From assembly GCA_024704765.1 (NCBI GenBank), contig JAKMXF010000177.1:372001-436000 (forward strand): a DNA stretch of 64,000 nt, given 5' to 3'. Below, one piece after another: positions 61,958 through 64,000 of the stretch. Source of the stretch: Oopsacas minuta. Taxonomy: Eukaryota > Animalia > Porifera. The number at the start of each line of letters is the position of its first letter. Position 1 is the first letter of the stretch. Below the pieces are notes generated by a model. It saw only the letters and a program-made list of their open reading frames with translations, searched no databases and was not told the DNA's origin. A program made the position numbers and the translations under genes.

Positions 61958-64000
61958 TCATTTCATACCAACCGCATGATGCGAGAAGTTTGTCCCATAC
62001 ACATTAACAACCCCAGCTTCTAGAGAGGCAAGTAATACTTGTTGGAGTGGGAGGAATGCAATTGAGTGAACTATGGAATTGTTTAGCTTAGGAATTGGCC
62101 ATTTATTAGTAGGATTCCATGAATCTTGTCTCTGAAACAGAGTTACAGCCATGTCATTGTAGCTGGAACAGATAACTGCTGAATCAGTGAGAGCCTCAAT
62201 AGAGTCTGTCTGATTTCTACAGCTGATAGTCTGGTACAGCTGATGACCTTTCGGTGAGAATATCTTCAGTGTGTTGTCAGAACTAGCAATGAACAGGTGA
62301 TTCTGATGTAGTAGCATAGAGGAGATGTCTGTATCAGATACAGACCACTGACCTAGTATAAAACCCATCCGTGTGTCTATCATTATAATACCTCCACTAG
62401 AAGTTGCTAAGTAGATGGTATGGTTATCCGTTGTCACGTTGATGTGATGGAATGTGGATGGTATTGACGGTGGGACTACCCAGTCAAACGCCAGTCGGGG
62501 AACTCTTGTATCAAGAACAGTGAGTGTGCTCTCATTGGTAGCACTGTATATAACTCGTTGTGTCTGAGGGCTGTTACAATGAATTTGATATACTTTGGAA
62601 GGATGTGCGTGTTTGTATGAAGTGTACATTGATTCTATATTCCATATGTGAATACAGCCGTCGTTAGAAACAACACTATCTAAAGAATTAAGGTAGGAGA
62701 GAGACCTAATCTGCTTGGTATGACTCTTATAAACTCCATTAGCGTTAACATCTGATTGCAGGGTTGAGTCACACACTCTCCAGACCAACACCTGGTCTCT
62801 AGATGATCCAAATATAACATTCTCACAGGGGGTGTGACACAGTTTGCTGATACTAGTCTCAAACCCATGCAATGATTGTACGTGATTAAATACAATTGGC
62901 TCACTGTTGGTGTTTTCTATGGTTTGTTTGAGGTACTCAATCCAGTTACATTTGGTATGATAGCTGTGCTGAGAGGTTGAGGGTAGACTGGAGAAGAGAG
63001 AGGGAGTTGGCTTCGGATCTGGTCTGATTCTCTCCTCTGTATAAATAGGATGAGAAGAAAATGAACTGATATCTGTACGGCTACTGATGTTACTACTGTA
63101 GAAGAGAGAAACTAACTCTGTAAGCTCTCTTCTATATGCGAATACTTGCTTTATCTTCTTAACAGTAGGTGTGACTGGTGGAGCAAATGAAGGAATGTCT
63201 ATGTCATTATCCTGGAGGAATATATAAATAGAAGAAGAGAATTGTGAGAGCAAATCCGCATTGAACGTAGCCAGCAGTTGTGTATTAATCTTGTGTTGGT
63301 TGTCAGAAACATTTTCTCTTACAATATCAGCCTCACGAATAATCTGAATAGCAGAGAAGGCGTGGAATATCTTTTTGACAGCTGTCTTGACAGGTGACAC
63401 ATTGTGTGAAAAGAGCTTGGGACCGTTAGAGATCAGCTGGGTCATCAGCTGTAGCAAGGCTATATGCAGGTGATATCTGAACTCTTGACCTCTGGTGAAG
63501 AATGTTGAAGTTGAAGATATAACTTGATATACAACATCTACTATTTCTTTGAGGAACTGATAGAGAGTTTGCTGAATAGTGTCATTCGTCACTGACAACA
63601 GCCATATACTAGCTAATGTTAGAATAGCAGAGAGAAATCCTTCAGTCCTAATGTTTAGGATTCTCTTCTGCATATGAGATATCCAGGAGGTGACGTAGTG
63701 GAAACAGAGGAAAGTAGCGTATTTGTCGTTTGTGAGTGTCAGAATAGAATGAATGGTAACATAACATGTGTCGTGTAGGAATACGTTATGAAACATATCA
63801 AAAGATGTAATATGAGTGAATATCTTACATGAATAGTCTGGTAGAAGAGCAATCAGCTCGCTAAATAAGAATCTGGTAGAAATAGGTATCCCGAAGTAGC
63901 TGAAGAGGAACAGAAGAGTCTCAGAAGCTATGAGAGAGGAAGCAGAGTTGTTGAGGAGATCAACAACTTCTGTGTCTGACTCTTCCATGTGGATGGAGGG
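61958..64000 (-). CDS. WDR81: WDR81-like protein, C-terminal part (WD40 propeller); 5' portion lies beyond the window
   Basis: VVSNDGCIHIWN, STLTVLDTR.P.L, SSGGIIMIDTRMGFILGQW, SSDNTL and AFLPLQQVLL match the WDR81 C-terminal WD repeats; the frame is open to the window edge. Confidence 0.85.
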   Translation of the reverse strand, partial: PSIHMEESDTEVVDLLNNSASSLIASETLLFLFSYFGIPISTRFLFSELIALLPDYSCKIFTHITSFDMFHNVFLHDTCYVTIHSILTLTNDKYATFLCFHYVTSWISHMQKRILNIRTEGFLSAILTLASIWLLSVTNDTIQQTLYQFLKEIVDVVYQVISSTSTFFTRGQEFRYHLHIALLQLMTQLISNGPKLFSHNVSPVKTAVKKIFHAFSAIQIIREADIVRENVSDNQHKINTQLLATFNADLLSQFSSSIYIFLQDNDIDIPSFAPPVTPTVKKIKQVFAYRRELTELVSLFYSSNISSRTDISSFSSHPIYTEERIRPDPKPTPSLFSSLPSTSQHSYHTKCNWIEYLKQTIENTNSEPIVFNHVQSLHGFETSISKLCHTPCENVIFGSSRDQVLVWRVCDSTLQSDVNANGVYKSHTKQIRSLSYLNSLDSVVSNDGCIHIWNIESMYTSYKHAHPSKVYQIHCNSPQTQRVIYSATNESTLTVLDTRVPRLAFDWVVPPSIPSTFHHINVTTDNHTIYLATSSGGIIMIDTRMGFILGQWSVSDTDISSMLLHQNHLFIASSDNTLKIFSPKGHQLYQTISCRNQTDSIEALTDSAVICSSYNDMAVTLFQRQDSWNPTNKWPIPKLNNSIVHSIAFLPLQQVLLASLEAGVVNVYGTNFSHHAVGMK

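Noticed and set aside
61958-63988. Beta-propeller gene as a possible RAG2-like partner
   Set aside because: The motifs match WDR81 WD40 repeats rather than kelch plus PHD, and the gene lies outside both RAG1-like elements.
1-64000. rRNA, tRNA or prokaryotic/phage systems
   Set aside because: No cloverleaf, rRNA signature or prokaryotic gene was recognised by eye; a tRNAscan/Infernal run would be needed to exclude small ncRNAs.

Overview
AT-rich eukaryotic (animal) genomic DNA with intron-poor host genes set among nested transposons. The gene style resembles a glass sponge such as Oopsacas, but that assignment is inference only. Host genes: a ~5,000-aa fibrocystin-L/PKHD1L1-like receptor (five phase-consistent exons, the last 14.2 kb) that also carries two kringles and a LamG-like domain; a divergent small-Maf-like bZIP; a tight minus-strand cluster translin-MZT1-PEX10 in which the MZT1 stop overlaps the PEX10 start (TAATG); ZCCHC10; and a second minus-strand cluster WDR81 (partial)-CCR4/Angel-type nuclease-DUSP/UBL-only protein. 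Mobile DNA: three Tc1-like elements (two DD37E, one of them intact; one DD35E), two P/THAP9-like elements, a Ty3/gypsy remnant, Helitron-like repeats and many MITEs. The strongest candidate for a novel system is a pair of Transib/RAG1-like transposons. Both end in the exact V(D)J heptamer CACAGTG, have 5-bp target duplications and carry an N-terminal segment resembling the RAG1 nonamer-binding domain. One has asymmetric heptamer-spacer-9mer ends with 10- and 20-bp spacers. All alignments were made by eye; no database searches were run.
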